A DNA stretch of 64,000 nt from Dehalogenimonas sp. (GTDB lineage: Bacteria > Chloroflexota > Dehalococcoidia > Dehalococcoidales > Dehalococcoidaceae). The position numbers and the translations under genes are program-made. The stretch spans positions 471,927 to 535,926 of the forward strand of contig CP139473.1 in NCBI GenBank assembly GCA_050859015.1. Reading direction: 5' to 3'. This document shows, piece by piece, positions 34,213 to 43,703 of the stretch; position 1 is the stretch's first letter, and every line of letters begins with the position of its first letter. The notes below the pieces were generated by a model. That model worked only from the letters and a program-made list of their open reading frames with translations. It did no database searches and was not told the DNA's origin.

Positions 34213-35847
34213 TTATTCTAGTGACACAACATAGTCATAATGAGGTTGTCCACCACAGACCACTTCCACCTGCTTGCCTGGATATTTTGCCATAAGGCTT
34301 TCAGCCATAGCCCGGGCATTGGGCTCCGACGTGCCGGCTCCAAAATAAAGGGTCATTACTTCGATCTTGGAAAGATCGGTTTTCGCTAAAAGGTCCCCCA
34401 GAACCTTATCAGAAGCCTCGTCCACCGCAGCCAGGTGACCATCCAATAAGCCGATGGCCTGGCCTTTCCTGATAACCAGGCCGTTGAATTTGGTGTCGCG
34501 TACGGCATGGGTGATCTCCACGGTGCGAACGCTGGTCTTGGCTTCGTTCATACGCTGAACATTGGAATCAAAATCCGCTTCATAATCGAAAGCCAGAAGA
34601 GACGCCACGCCTTGCGGCAGGGTTTCAGTAGGGATCACGGCGATCGTTTTGTGGGTGAGCTGTTTGACCTGCTCCGCGGCGGGAACGATGTTCTTGTTGT
34701 TGGGCAGGATGATCACTTTTTCGGAGCCTGCGGCTTCGACAGCCTGCAAAATGTCTTTGGTCGACGGATTCATCGTCTGTCCGCCGGCTACGATGCCGGA
34801 GGCGCCCAACGAGGCAAACACATCGGCGAAACCGTCACCGGCGACGATCGCCACGATCGCTATTTCCACTGTCGGCTGGCGATCTTTTTGCAGGGCGAGA
34901 AAGTCTTCGTGTTGCTCATCCATATTACGGATGCTGACCTTGTGCACCGTGCCCATTTTGGTCACGTAATTGAGTACCCTACCGGGGGCGAGAGCGTGGA
35001 TGTGGACCCGGATGGTGCTGGGATCACCGACGACGATAAGAGACTGACCTTTACGTTTGAGTTGGGCCCGAATTTTGTTCAGGTCAAGGTTTTCACCTTT
35101 AAGGAGAAACTCGGTGCAATAACCGAAAGGTTCCTCATCATTTGGAGACAGGCGGGACGCCGGTTTGGCTGCTATTGGAATGGAACTGGCGATAACGCGA
35201 GACTTTTTGAACTGCATCTGTTCAGTTTCGCCGCGAAGGTAATGTAGCATGCCCTCGAGTTCCGTATATAAACCCTGGCCGCCGGCGTCAACAACACCGG
35301 CGTCGCGCAGGGCAGGCAGCAATTTGGGTGTCCGTGCAACGGATTCAGATGCGGTGTTCATCGCCGATTCGATGAGTTTGATGATGGAGTTGTCTTTTTC
35401 AGCAGACATCCGTGCGGCTTCAGCCACATCGGTTAGAACTGTCAGGATAGTGCCCTCGACCGGGTTAGACAAACCTTTATAGGCAGTTTCGACCGCCTTG
35501 GTCAAGGCTTCCGCCCAGTCGGCCGCCGTAACTGTCTCTTTGCCTTCGAAGACCGTCGCCACGCCGCGCCAGATCTGAGAGGAGATGACTCCGGAGTTGC
35601 CCCGGGCACCCATGAGGGCACCCTTAGCAACGGCTGCCGAGATTTCTCCGACGTTATCCGCCGTGACCTTTGAGGTCTCGTCCACTGCGGAACGGAGGGT
35701 AAGCAACATATTGGTGCCGCAATCGCCATCGGGCACGGGGAAAACATTCAAAGCGTCGATATCGGATGCGCTTTTTTCAAGCCAGGCGGCAGCGGCGGCC
35801 AGCATGTCGCGCATTTCCTGTCCGGTCATGATCGCTTGGGCTGACAT
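34213..35847 (-). CDS. DAK2-domain protein (YloV-like, DhaL fusion)
   Basis: VPDGDCGTNM and GARGNSGVI DhaL motifs with the C-terminal YloV extension. It shows the conserved pairing with degV and divergent rpmB. Confidence 0.9.
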   Translation of the reverse strand: MSAQAIMTGQEMRDMLAAAAAWLEKSASDIDALNVFPVPDGDCGTNMLLTLRSAVDETSKVTADNVGEISAAVAKGALMGARGNSGVISSQIWRGVATVFEGKETVTAADWAEALTKAVETAYKGLSNPVEGTILTVLTDVAEAARMSAEKDNSIIKLIESAMNTASESVARTPKLLPALRDAGVVDAGGQGLYTELEGMLHYLRGETEQMQFKKSRVIASSIPIAAKPASRLSPNDEEPFGYCTEFLLKGENLDLNKIRAQLKRKGQSLIVVGDPSTIRVHIHALAPGRVLNYVTKMGTVHKVSIRNMDEQHEDFLALQKDRQPTVEIAIVAIVAGDGFADVFASLGASGIVAGGQTMNPSTKDILQAVEAAGSEKVIILPNNKNIVPAAEQVKQLTHKTIAVIPTETLPQGVASLLAFDYEADFDSNVQRMNEAKTSVRTVEITHAVRDTKFNGLVIRKGQAIGLLDGHLAAVDEASDKVLGDLLAKTDLSKIEVMTLYFGAGTSEPNARAMAESLMAKYPGKQVEVVCGGQPHYDYVVSLE

Positions 35848-35986
35848 ACCTTACACCTCTAGTGGCGCCGTTTATAGCGCCGATCGTTTGTCAAGTTGTC
35901 ACCCGCAATGCGGGTATGCTATATTTATCGGACGGCATTGTATATTATCGCCAAATGAATAGTCAAAGGAGTCCATAACCCTGGCC

Positions 35987-36172
35987 ATGAAATGCGATTA
36001 TTGCGGAAAAACACCGATGTTCGGTCATAACGTTTCTCACTCCAAACGACGCACCAACCGCCGTTCCGAACCCAACTGCCATCCGGCTCGCGTCCTTTTA
36101 AACGGCAAGTCCACCCGTCTGTCTCTCTGCACCCGCTGCCTGCGAACCCTGTCCAAAATGGCGGCAGCCTAG
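35987..36172 (+). CDS. rpmB: 50S ribosomal protein L28
   Basis: MKCDYCGKTPMFGHNVSHSKRRTNRR... is a typical L28. Confidence 0.9.
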   Translation: MKCDYCGKTPMFGHNVSHSKRRTNRRSEPNCHPARVLLNGKSTRLSLCTRCLRTLSKMAAA

Positions 36173-36212
36173 CTTTAGAGAAATACCAAGCACCAAAATC
36201 CAATAACGTTAA

Positions 36213-36248
36213 GAACCACCGCCAAAAATAGGCGGTGGTTCTTTTTTT
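36213..36248 (+). terminator. Rho-independent terminator after rpmB
   Basis: GAACCACCGCC, loop AAAAATA, GGCGGTGGTTC, followed by TTTTTTT. Confidence 0.8.
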
Positions 36249-36275
36249 GGATTCATCGACTTTGTCGGTTCGGAC

Positions 36276-37649
36276 TTATGATCCAGAAAGTAATGCCTTG
36301 GCCTCAGCGAGCGCCTGTTCGACTCGATCTCGCGCCGTTCCCCCAGGATTGTTCTTTGAATCGACCGACGTTACAACGGTGATTCCGAAAACATCCTGGT
36401 CGAACAAGGGGGAGAATCGCCGGTATTTGTCAAGCGGTAACTCAGAGAAGGTTTTGCCTTCCTTGATGCAATAGCTGACCAGCCGCCCGACGATACCGTG
36501 GGCATTCCTGAAGGTTTCCCCTTTTTTAACAAGGTAGTCGGTGAGGTCCGTGGCAAGCAGGTAGCTGCGGTCAACAGATTTCAGCATCTTCTCCGGTCTG
36601 ATTTTGATAGTCTCAACCATGCCGCTAACCACTTTAAGAGACATCAATAAGGTATCCGTGGCGTCAAAGATAGCTTCTTTATCTTCCTGAAGATCCCGGT
36701 TGTAAGCCAGGGGCAATCCTTTTAAGGTAGTCAGGAGCCCCAAGAGGTGACCGTAAACGCGGCCTGTCTTACCGCGGCAAAGTTCGGCGACATCTGGATT
36801 TTTCTTCTGCGGCATAATAGATGAGCCTGTGGCGTAAGCATCGTCCATCTCTATGAACCCAAATTCAGCCCCGCTCCAGATGACCATTTCCTCAGAGAGC
36901 CGCGACAGGTGCATCATGGTCAGGGAGGCGGCGGCCAGGTATTCGACCACATAGTCCCTATCCGACACCGCATCAAGGCTGTTCCGGCTGATCGACGAGA
37001 AGCCAAGCTCTTTAGCTACAAAGGCGCGGTCGATATTGTAGGCGACGCCCGCCAAAGCTCCGCTGCCCAAAGGCAAAACATCGGTGCGCTTCAAGCAATC
37101 GGTGAAACGCTCTTTATCACGCTGCAGCATCTCGAAATAACCCAGAAAGTGATGCGCCAGGAGGACAGGTTGGGCGGGTTGAAGATGAGTATATCCGGGC
37201 ATAATAACATCGGGATTATTCTCAGCCAATCCAATGCATGCCGACTGCAAAGATTTGATCGATTCAAGTGTCCAAATGATGACGTCCTTCATGTACAAAC
37301 GTAGGTCAGTGGCAACCTGATCGTTTCGGCTCCGGGCGGTGTGAAGTCGTCCCGCTGCCTCCCCGATCTTTTCTTTGAGTCTCGCCTCGATAGCCATATG
37401 GATGTCTTCCATCTCAGGTTTGAACTCAAATGTGCCATCATTGATCTCAATTTCAACTTCCAGAAGTCCCCTGATAATCTCAAGAGCGTCGAACGGTGGA
37501 ATTATTTCCTGCTTGGCAAGCATCCTGGCATGGGCAATAGATTCTCGAACGTCCTCATGATATAGGCGCTTGTCGAATGGTAGTGATGTCGTGTACTTGA
37601 TCACCATTTCGTCTGCAGGCTTATCGAAGCGACTACGAACGTGACTCAT
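36276..37649 (-). CDS. argH: Argininosuccinate lyase
   Basis: Fumarase/aspartase superfamily with the GSSIMPQKKNPD signature. 457 aa. Confidence 0.95.
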   Translation of the reverse strand: MSHVRSRFDKPADEMVIKYTTSLPFDKRLYHEDVRESIAHARMLAKQEIIPPFDALEIIRGLLEVEIEINDGTFEFKPEMEDIHMAIEARLKEKIGEAAGRLHTARSRNDQVATDLRLYMKDVIIWTLESIKSLQSACIGLAENNPDVIMPGYTHLQPAQPVLLAHHFLGYFEMLQRDKERFTDCLKRTDVLPLGSGALAGVAYNIDRAFVAKELGFSSISRNSLDAVSDRDYVVEYLAAASLTMMHLSRLSEEMVIWSGAEFGFIEMDDAYATGSSIMPQKKNPDVAELCRGKTGRVYGHLLGLLTTLKGLPLAYNRDLQEDKEAIFDATDTLLMSLKVVSGMVETIKIRPEKMLKSVDRSYLLATDLTDYLVKKGETFRNAHGIVGRLVSYCIKEGKTFSELPLDKYRRFSPLFDQDVFGITVVTSVDSKNNPGGTARDRVEQALAEAKALLSGS

Positions 37650-37722
37650 CGTTTCCCCCCAATACCAGTGACCAAATAGTACGAAACAGTTCCAAAGTCA
37701 GACCGTCACCGACTTATTATTG

Positions 37723-38919
37723 CTATTTGAGCGTCTGCGCCCTGGCCTGGGTACGAACCGGCAAACCCCAGAGCTTGATGAAGCCGACAGCAGCAGAGGC
37801 ATCGAAGGTGTCGCCGGTTTCATAGGTCGCCAGGCCGTGGCTGTAGAGTGAATAGGGAGATTTGCGCCCTACGACGCGGAAGCCACCACGCTCCAGTTTC
37901 AATCGGACAGAGCCCGTGACGTACTTCTGGGTATTTTTAACATAGGCATCCAGGTCCGCCTTATGGGCAGAGAACCACAAGCCGTTGTAAACCAGGTCGG
38001 CATATTCCTGGGCGACTTTTGCCTTAAAACGAGCCTGATCTTTAGCCAGGGTCAGCGTCTCTAGGGCAGCGTGGGCTGCAAGTAACACTACCGCCGCGGG
38101 GGCTTCGTAAGTTTCACGGGATTTGATGCCCACCAGCCGGTTCTCAATATGGTCAATCCGTCCGATACCATGGGCCCCGGCGATCTCGTTCAATGTCGAG
38201 ACCAACGTTACACCGTCCATCCGCCGGTTGTTTAAGGTAACAGGTACTCCCTGTTTGAAACCTATGGTAACGTAAGCCGGCTTCTCAGGGGTGTCCTTTA
38301 CTTCACGCGTCCAGGCGAAGGCATCAACCGGGGGTTCCACCCAAGGATCTTCAAGAATGCCGCATTCGCACGATCTACCCCAAAGGTTTTCATCGACGGA
38401 GTAGGGGTTCTTGGCGCTAACAGGCAGCGGGATTTTGAATTTCTTGGCGTATTCGATGGTCTGCAGGCGAGTCATACCCCACTCGCGGGCGGGGGCAATG
38501 ACTTTCAATTGGGGTGCGAGGGCGGCGGTGGCTACATCGAATCTCACTTGGTCGTTGCCTTTGCCGGTGCAACCATGGGCTATAGCGGTGGCGCCCTCAG
38601 CCAGGGCGACGTCGACGAGAAGTTTGGCTATAAGCGGACGGCCGATAGCAGTGGCCAATGGGTACTCATTTTCATAGATGGCGCCGGCAGCCAGGGTTTT
38701 CCAGACATAATCCTCGATGAACTCTTTCCGGGCGTCAACGATAAGGGCTTTTATGGCTCCGACCTTGAGCGCCTTTTCACGTATCAAGGTGAAATCGCGT
38801 TCGTTTCCTACGTCGATGGTCAGGGTGATGACGTCCATGCCGTAATGTTCTTTGAGCCATGGGATTGCGGCAGAAGTGTCGAGACCGCCGGAATATGCCA
38901 AAACCACTTTTTCAACCAT
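37723..38919 (-). CDS. argG: Argininosuccinate synthase
   Basis: VVLAYSGGLDTS PP-loop and typical ArgG length. I prefer the ATG at 38919 with a GAAAGG RBS over the TTG at 38937. Confidence 0.95.
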   Translation of the reverse strand: MVEKVVLAYSGGLDTSAAIPWLKEHYGMDVITLTIDVGNERDFTLIREKALKVGAIKALIVDARKEFIEDYVWKTLAAGAIYENEYPLATAIGRPLIAKLLVDVALAEGATAIAHGCTGKGNDQVRFDVATAALAPQLKVIAPAREWGMTRLQTIEYAKKFKIPLPVSAKNPYSVDENLWGRSCECGILEDPWVEPPVDAFAWTREVKDTPEKPAYVTIGFKQGVPVTLNNRRMDGVTLVSTLNEIAGAHGIGRIDHIENRLVGIKSRETYEAPAAVVLLAAHAALETLTLAKDQARFKAKVAQEYADLVYNGLWFSAHKADLDAYVKNTQKYVTGSVRLKLERGGFRVVGRKSPYSLYSHGLATYETGDTFDASAAVGFIKLWGLPVRTQARAQTLK

Positions 38920-39366
38920 AAAAGACCTTTCTAACAATCGAGCGTAACGCTTATTATGCTACAAAAGAGGGCATTGATGCTAATAACTGCCGTTATCGCC
39001 GAGTGACCTGGTTCAATTTCCGATTATGCCGCAACCAATCTGAAGTCAACCTTATTCGGGTTCGATTGAAGCGAGAGGTTCGTCAATACAGCTACCGAGA
39101 TGGCTCCGTCAATGACAACTATGAAATGAAATCGCGGAAATCCCACAAAATCTCACACTCACTCCAAAGTAATTCCATATTTGAGGCTTATCATTCAAAT
39201 GGGTACGAAAGCACTATTTACACACAACACGGCGCGTGAAAGAATTTGAGAATCTGAAAGAAGCCGATACGATGGCTGCACTATTGGTTTTAGTGGCAAT
39301 GATTTTCGGGGTGTCGTTAGTGGGGGCTGCGAGATTGGAGAGCGGACGTTAATCAAAGCTGCGTGA

Positions 39367-40245
39367 TCAGTTGCAGCTGTTGAAGTGCTTGTTTAGGAAC
39401 TGCAGCACGTTTTCCCGAATTAACGGATAATCCTGCCAGTTATAATCATGACCGGGCGCCCCAATATACAGTAGCACGTTGCCCGGCGAGGCTGGGCTTT
39501 TCCCGCGAAGGGCATCCCAGTTGGCTCTGAAGGCCCGACCCCAATGACCGTAACTGAAAGCGTCGGGGACGACTCCATTAGAGCGCATATTTAGCACCCG
39601 GTCGCCTACGTAATTGTCGTACCAGAACGGCGGCCCGAATTCGATTGAAAAAAGCCTTTCTTCTTCAGGCAACATTTTTATTACCTGGTTGGACATCACC
39701 GTTCCATTGCTCTCGGCGCACATCAACACTTTGAGATCGGGCAAATGATGCCACAAGAATTTTAATCTTAATGCCAACTCTCTTGGTTTGGAGACCGACT
39801 TGGCCCCAGCGTTCAGAATTTCGCTGATATACCCCCGCAAACTGCGGTAAGCCCGCTGGTAATTGAGCACCAGAACCCGGCAATTTCGGGTGATGAACTC
39901 ATCTTCTATTGCGTTAACGATTGTGGCGTATCCGGAGGCTTTATCCAACGCGGTCCAGCCGTAACCTCCGGAGTTGAACAACACGAAGATGTCGGTATTT
40001 TTGAGGGCTTCATAGGTTGCCAGCAAGTCCGCGGCAAGCTTGATCCTCTTCGTCTTATCCCTGGGGTGAAGAGACTTCGCCATTTCCACAGCATCGTCCC
40101 GGACGGTACCTGGTACCTGAGATAAAACGGCCGGAGGGAGGGGGAGGGCGGTGAAGGCATGGCGCATTTTGCCGGGATCGGGCATTTGCCAGCTAAAAAC
40201 CACGATCAAGCCCAGGGCGATAACAACCGCGATGGCGATAATCAT
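39367..40245 (-). CDS. Membrane-anchored hypothetical protein embedded in the arg operon
   Basis: A 292-aa ORF with an N-terminal TM helix (MIIAIAVVIALGLIVVF). No motif recognised. It starts 12 nt after the argD stop. Confidence 0.6.
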   Translation of the reverse strand: MIIAIAVVIALGLIVVFSWQMPDPGKMRHAFTALPLPPAVLSQVPGTVRDDAVEMAKSLHPRDKTKRIKLAADLLATYEALKNTDIFVLFNSGGYGWTALDKASGYATIVNAIEDEFITRNCRVLVLNYQRAYRSLRGYISEILNAGAKSVSKPRELALRLKFLWHHLPDLKVLMCAESNGTVMSNQVIKMLPEEERLFSIEFGPPFWYDNYVGDRVLNMRSNGVVPDAFSYGHWGRAFRANWDALRGKSPASPGNVLLYIGAPGHDYNWQDYPLIRENVLQFLNKHFNSCN

Positions 40246-40257
40246 GCGGTCGTTATC

Positions 40258-41454
40258 TCAATGGAAAGTGCCCAAGCGGGTGATTGCTTTATCAAGAAGA
40301 TCAATAGCCTCGTCTATCTCACCGGCAGTGACGTTCAGAGCCGGCATCAACCTGAGCGCGTTGGGTTTTACGTCGTTAACTAGAAGGCCGGCCTCAAGAC
40401 ATTTCTGGGCGAGTGTTTTGGCGATGTCACTCGAAAATTGGATCGCCATCAACAAGCCCTTGCCACGGATATTAGTGATAAGACCCGGATGCTTTGCCGA
40501 AAGACCGTTGAGGCGTTCGGTGAGACGTTGGCCCATGTCATAGGCGTTTCGAGGTACATCGTTCTCGAGGATGAATTTCAAAGTCTCGAAGGCGGCGGCG
40601 CAGGTGACCGGGTTGCCGCCGAAGGTAGAGCCATGCTCACCGTAGGTGAAGACCGAAAATTTATCCTTAGCCATGATAGCGCCGATAGGCAAACCGCCTC
40701 CAAGGCCTTTAGCCAGAGACATAACGTCGGGCTCGATGCCGAAGGACTGGTGAGCGAAGAGGGTTCCAGTCCGTCCGATGCCGGTCTGGATCTCGTCAAG
40801 AATCAGGACGATACCTTTTTCATCGCACCAGCGGCGGACCTCTTTCAGGTAATCCGGCGATGGCACATTCACACCGCCCTCGCCTTGAACCGGTTCGAGC
40901 ATCACCGCGCAGACGGTTTTCGAAGTGGCTTTCTTGATCGCCTCGATGTTGTTGTAATCAACGTTAATGAAGCCGGCGGGGAGGGGGGTATAGGGCGTCT
41001 GGTGTTTGAGTTGACCTGAGGCAGAAACCATGGCCAGCGTGCGGCCGTGGAAGGAACCGGTGCCGGTAATAACCTCGTAAGCACCGTCCAAATGGAGCTT
41101 CCCATACCGGCGGGCTAACTTAACCGCGCCTTCAGTAGCCTCTGCCCCGGAGTTGCACAAAAAGATCTTATCGAGCGAGCTATTTTCAACAAGAAGCTGG
41201 GCTAGTTGAAGCTGCGGAATGGTGTAGTAATGGTTGGAGGTTTGGATGAGCTCGCCGACCTGGCGACGCACCGCTTCGACCACCGCCGGATGGCAATGGC
41301 CAAGAGAATTGACCGCCCATCCAGCAACAAAGTCGAGGTATTTGCGACCGGTTTCATCCCAGACATAGCTGCTCTCGCCTTTAACAATGGTTAGAGGCGC
41401 ACGTTCAACGGTTCGCATGAAATACTTTTTCTCGAGTTCCATCCAGTCAGGCAT
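40258..41454 (-). CDS. argD: Acetylornithine aminotransferase
   Basis: Class III PLP aminotransferase (LILDEIQTGIGRTG, SLAKGLGGG). Confidence 0.9.
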   Translation of the reverse strand: MPDWMELEKKYFMRTVERAPLTIVKGESSYVWDETGRKYLDFVAGWAVNSLGHCHPAVVEAVRRQVGELIQTSNHYYTIPQLQLAQLLVENSSLDKIFLCNSGAEATEGAVKLARRYGKLHLDGAYEVITGTGSFHGRTLAMVSASGQLKHQTPYTPLPAGFINVDYNNIEAIKKATSKTVCAVMLEPVQGEGGVNVPSPDYLKEVRRWCDEKGIVLILDEIQTGIGRTGTLFAHQSFGIEPDVMSLAKGLGGGLPIGAIMAKDKFSVFTYGEHGSTFGGNPVTCAAAFETLKFILENDVPRNAYDMGQRLTERLNGLSAKHPGLITNIRGKGLLMAIQFSSDIAKTLAQKCLEAGLLVNDVKPNALRLMPALNVTAGEIDEAIDLLDKAITRLGTFH

Positions 41455-41468
41455 ATGGTTCCTCTCGC

Positions 41469-42242
41469 TCAGGCGCCGATCGATGTACCTAATCCGCCAA
41501 CAATCACTTCATTATATATGATGTTGGGCTGCCTCCCATCAACGATGCTGGTGATCGTGCCTCCGGCAGCGGCGCGCACCGCGGCGCGGATCTTGGGCAC
41601 CATCCCGCCGGTGGCGATTTTCGATGTGACAAGAGCTCCGGCTTCAATGACGTTCACCGATTTAATTAACTCCCCGACTGCATTTTTAATGCCGAAGACA
41701 TCGGTAAGAAATATCAGCTTATCGGCTTCAAGTGAAGCTGCCAACTCTCCGGCTACTGGGTCGCCATTGATGTTGAGCAGGCGGACCGGATCTCCGGAGA
41801 CGTTGAGCGAAACCGGCGAGATAACCGGGACGAAGCCTTTCTCCAGAATTGTTTTCAAGAGAGCTAGGTCGACCTTTCGGACGTCCCCCATGTAGCCCCA
41901 GTCAGCGCCTCGGGGAGCTCCATGTATAAGTGCCCCGTCGACCCCGGATAAGCCGACAGCCTTGACACCCAAATCCAGAAGCATTGCCGTAGTTTCTTTG
42001 TTAACGAGGCCTGCGAGGACAGCGGTGACTACCTCGAGAGTCTCCTTATCGGTGACGCGCTCGCCTTGAACGACTAGCGGAGTGATATTCAGCCGCTTCA
42101 GCCAGGTATTGACCGTGGCGGCTCCGCCATGAACGACGACCGGGAAGTAGCCTTCTTTTTTAAGCCGGGCAATATCCTCGAGGGATGTATCTCGACTGCC
42201 TAGGACGGATCCGCCAAGTTTGATGACGATGATCTTGTTCAT
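41469..42242 (-). CDS. argB: Acetylglutamate kinase
   Basis: IVIKLGGS..., VVVHGGG-type motif (VVVHGGA) and the amino-acid kinase fold. Lies between argJ and argD. Confidence 0.9.
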   Translation of the reverse strand: MNKIIVIKLGGSVLGSRDTSLEDIARLKKEGYFPVVVHGGAATVNTWLKRLNITPLVVQGERVTDKETLEVVTAVLAGLVNKETTAMLLDLGVKAVGLSGVDGALIHGAPRGADWGYMGDVRKVDLALLKTILEKGFVPVISPVSLNVSGDPVRLLNINGDPVAGELAASLEADKLIFLTDVFGIKNAVGELIKSVNVIEAGALVTSKIATGGMVPKIRAAVRAAAGGTITSIVDGRQPNIIYNEVIVGGLGTSIGA

Positions 42243-42251
42243 AATTATTCG

Positions 42252-43460
42252 CTAAGTGGTGTAGTCGGCGTTGATGTGGATGTACTCGGCGCTCATGTCG
42301 CAGCCCCAACCGGTAACCGAGGCTTTTCCAAGCCCTAGATCGAGATGGATGAACACCTCTCTGCCTTCGAATTGGGCAGAGGCGAGTTTCCTGTCAACTT
42401 CCAGAGGTGTGCCCCGTTTTAAAACCTCAACATTTCCAATCCAGAGATCCACTTTGTCAAGGTCAAATCTAGCTCCACTCCGCCCAGCTGCTGCTACCAT
42501 ACGGCCCCAGTTGGGGTCCGCGCCGTGGATGGCGGTTTTTACAAGTGGCGAGGAAAGAACCGTCCTAGCAACTTTTCGGGCATCCGATGAAGTCGCCGCG
42601 CCCGTAACTTTCAGTTCAATCAGCTTGGTGGCGCCTTCCCCGTCACGGGCAACAGATTTAGCGAGGTGAACGCAAACGTGTTCAAGGCCTTCGGAAAATG
42701 CCGGGAAGGCGGCGGTGCCCGGAAGGATCTTCTGGCCAGAGGCACCGTTTGCCAGGACAAAAATAGAGTCATTGGTCGAGGTGTCGCCGTCGACGGAGAT
42801 AACATTGAAAGACTTGTTCACGGCGCGTTTGAGAAGCCATTGAAGGAGACCTGAATTAATGTCGGCATCGGTGGTGATGAAGCTAAGGAGAGTTGCCATG
42901 TCAGGATGGATCATGCCCGAGCCCTTGGCGCAACCGCCGATGGTAAAGCCAAAGTCTGGAGCCTTCACCGCGATCTCTTTGGGCACGGTGTCCGTCGTCA
43001 TGATAGCGCGGGAAAAATCATGCCCGGAATCGGCGGCCAGCTTGATACTATTTAAACCAGCCCGTACTTTCTCAACTGGGAGTTGAACACCGATGACTCC
43101 GGTGCTGGCGACAAGTACACTCGACGATTCGATGCCTAACCTTGCACCCGCCAACTCAGTCATGGCTTGCGCATTCCCATGACCTACCTCGCCTGTACCA
43201 GCGTTGGCGCAGCCGGCGTTCACGATTATTGCTTGAACGCTACCGGTAGTGGCAAGGTGCTTCAACGAGACTAAGACCGGTGCGGCTTTGAAACGGTTTT
43301 GCGTGAAAACAGCCGCGGCTGAACATGGTTTGGCAGACATAATTACTGCAAGATCAAGCGCACCGGCGGCTTTCTTGATGCCGGCTGCTACTGCCCCGGC
43401 AGAAAAACCAATGGCCGAGGTGATGCTTCCGTCGGGGATTAGGTCAGGTTTAGAACTCAT
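42252..43460 (-). CDS. argJ: Bifunctional ornithine acetyltransferase / N-acetylglutamate synthase
   Basis: Autoproteolytic site context ...MATLLSFITTDA... and full ArgJ length. Start taken at the ATG at 43460 (MSSKPDLIP...). Confidence 0.9.
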   Translation of the reverse strand: MSSKPDLIPDGSITSAIGFSAGAVAAGIKKAAGALDLAVIMSAKPCSAAAVFTQNRFKAAPVLVSLKHLATTGSVQAIIVNAGCANAGTGEVGHGNAQAMTELAGARLGIESSSVLVASTGVIGVQLPVEKVRAGLNSIKLAADSGHDFSRAIMTTDTVPKEIAVKAPDFGFTIGGCAKGSGMIHPDMATLLSFITTDADINSGLLQWLLKRAVNKSFNVISVDGDTSTNDSIFVLANGASGQKILPGTAAFPAFSEGLEHVCVHLAKSVARDGEGATKLIELKVTGAATSSDARKVARTVLSSPLVKTAIHGADPNWGRMVAAAGRSGARFDLDKVDLWIGNVEVLKRGTPLEVDRKLASAQFEGREVFIHLDLGLGKASVTGWGCDMSAEYIHINADYTT

Positions 43461-43703
43461 AAAATGATGATAGAATATAGCATAGCGTTTGTGACGGGGC
43501 AAAGAATTTTAAAAATAGCCTCTTGAGCTAATTTCTGATTCAACCCTCCCAGATAAAATTATTTAGCCACGGGCTTTAGATAAAGCCGGATGGTACTAGC
43601 CAAGTACTAATACTTATGATATACTCAACCAGTTTGCTTAATTCCTGACTGGTGACCACGCTCGATTCAACTCAAATTGGATAGCTGAAATAGGGGGTAG
43701 TTC

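Noticed and set aside
34507-35247. 246-aa plus-strand ORF
   Set aside because: Antisense to the DAK2/YloV gene. It is a shadow ORF.
39003-39239. 78-aa plus-strand ORF between the hypothetical gene and argG
   Set aside because: It has no RBS and no motifs, and it lies in the presumed argG promoter/leader region on the opposite strand. It is probably non-coding.
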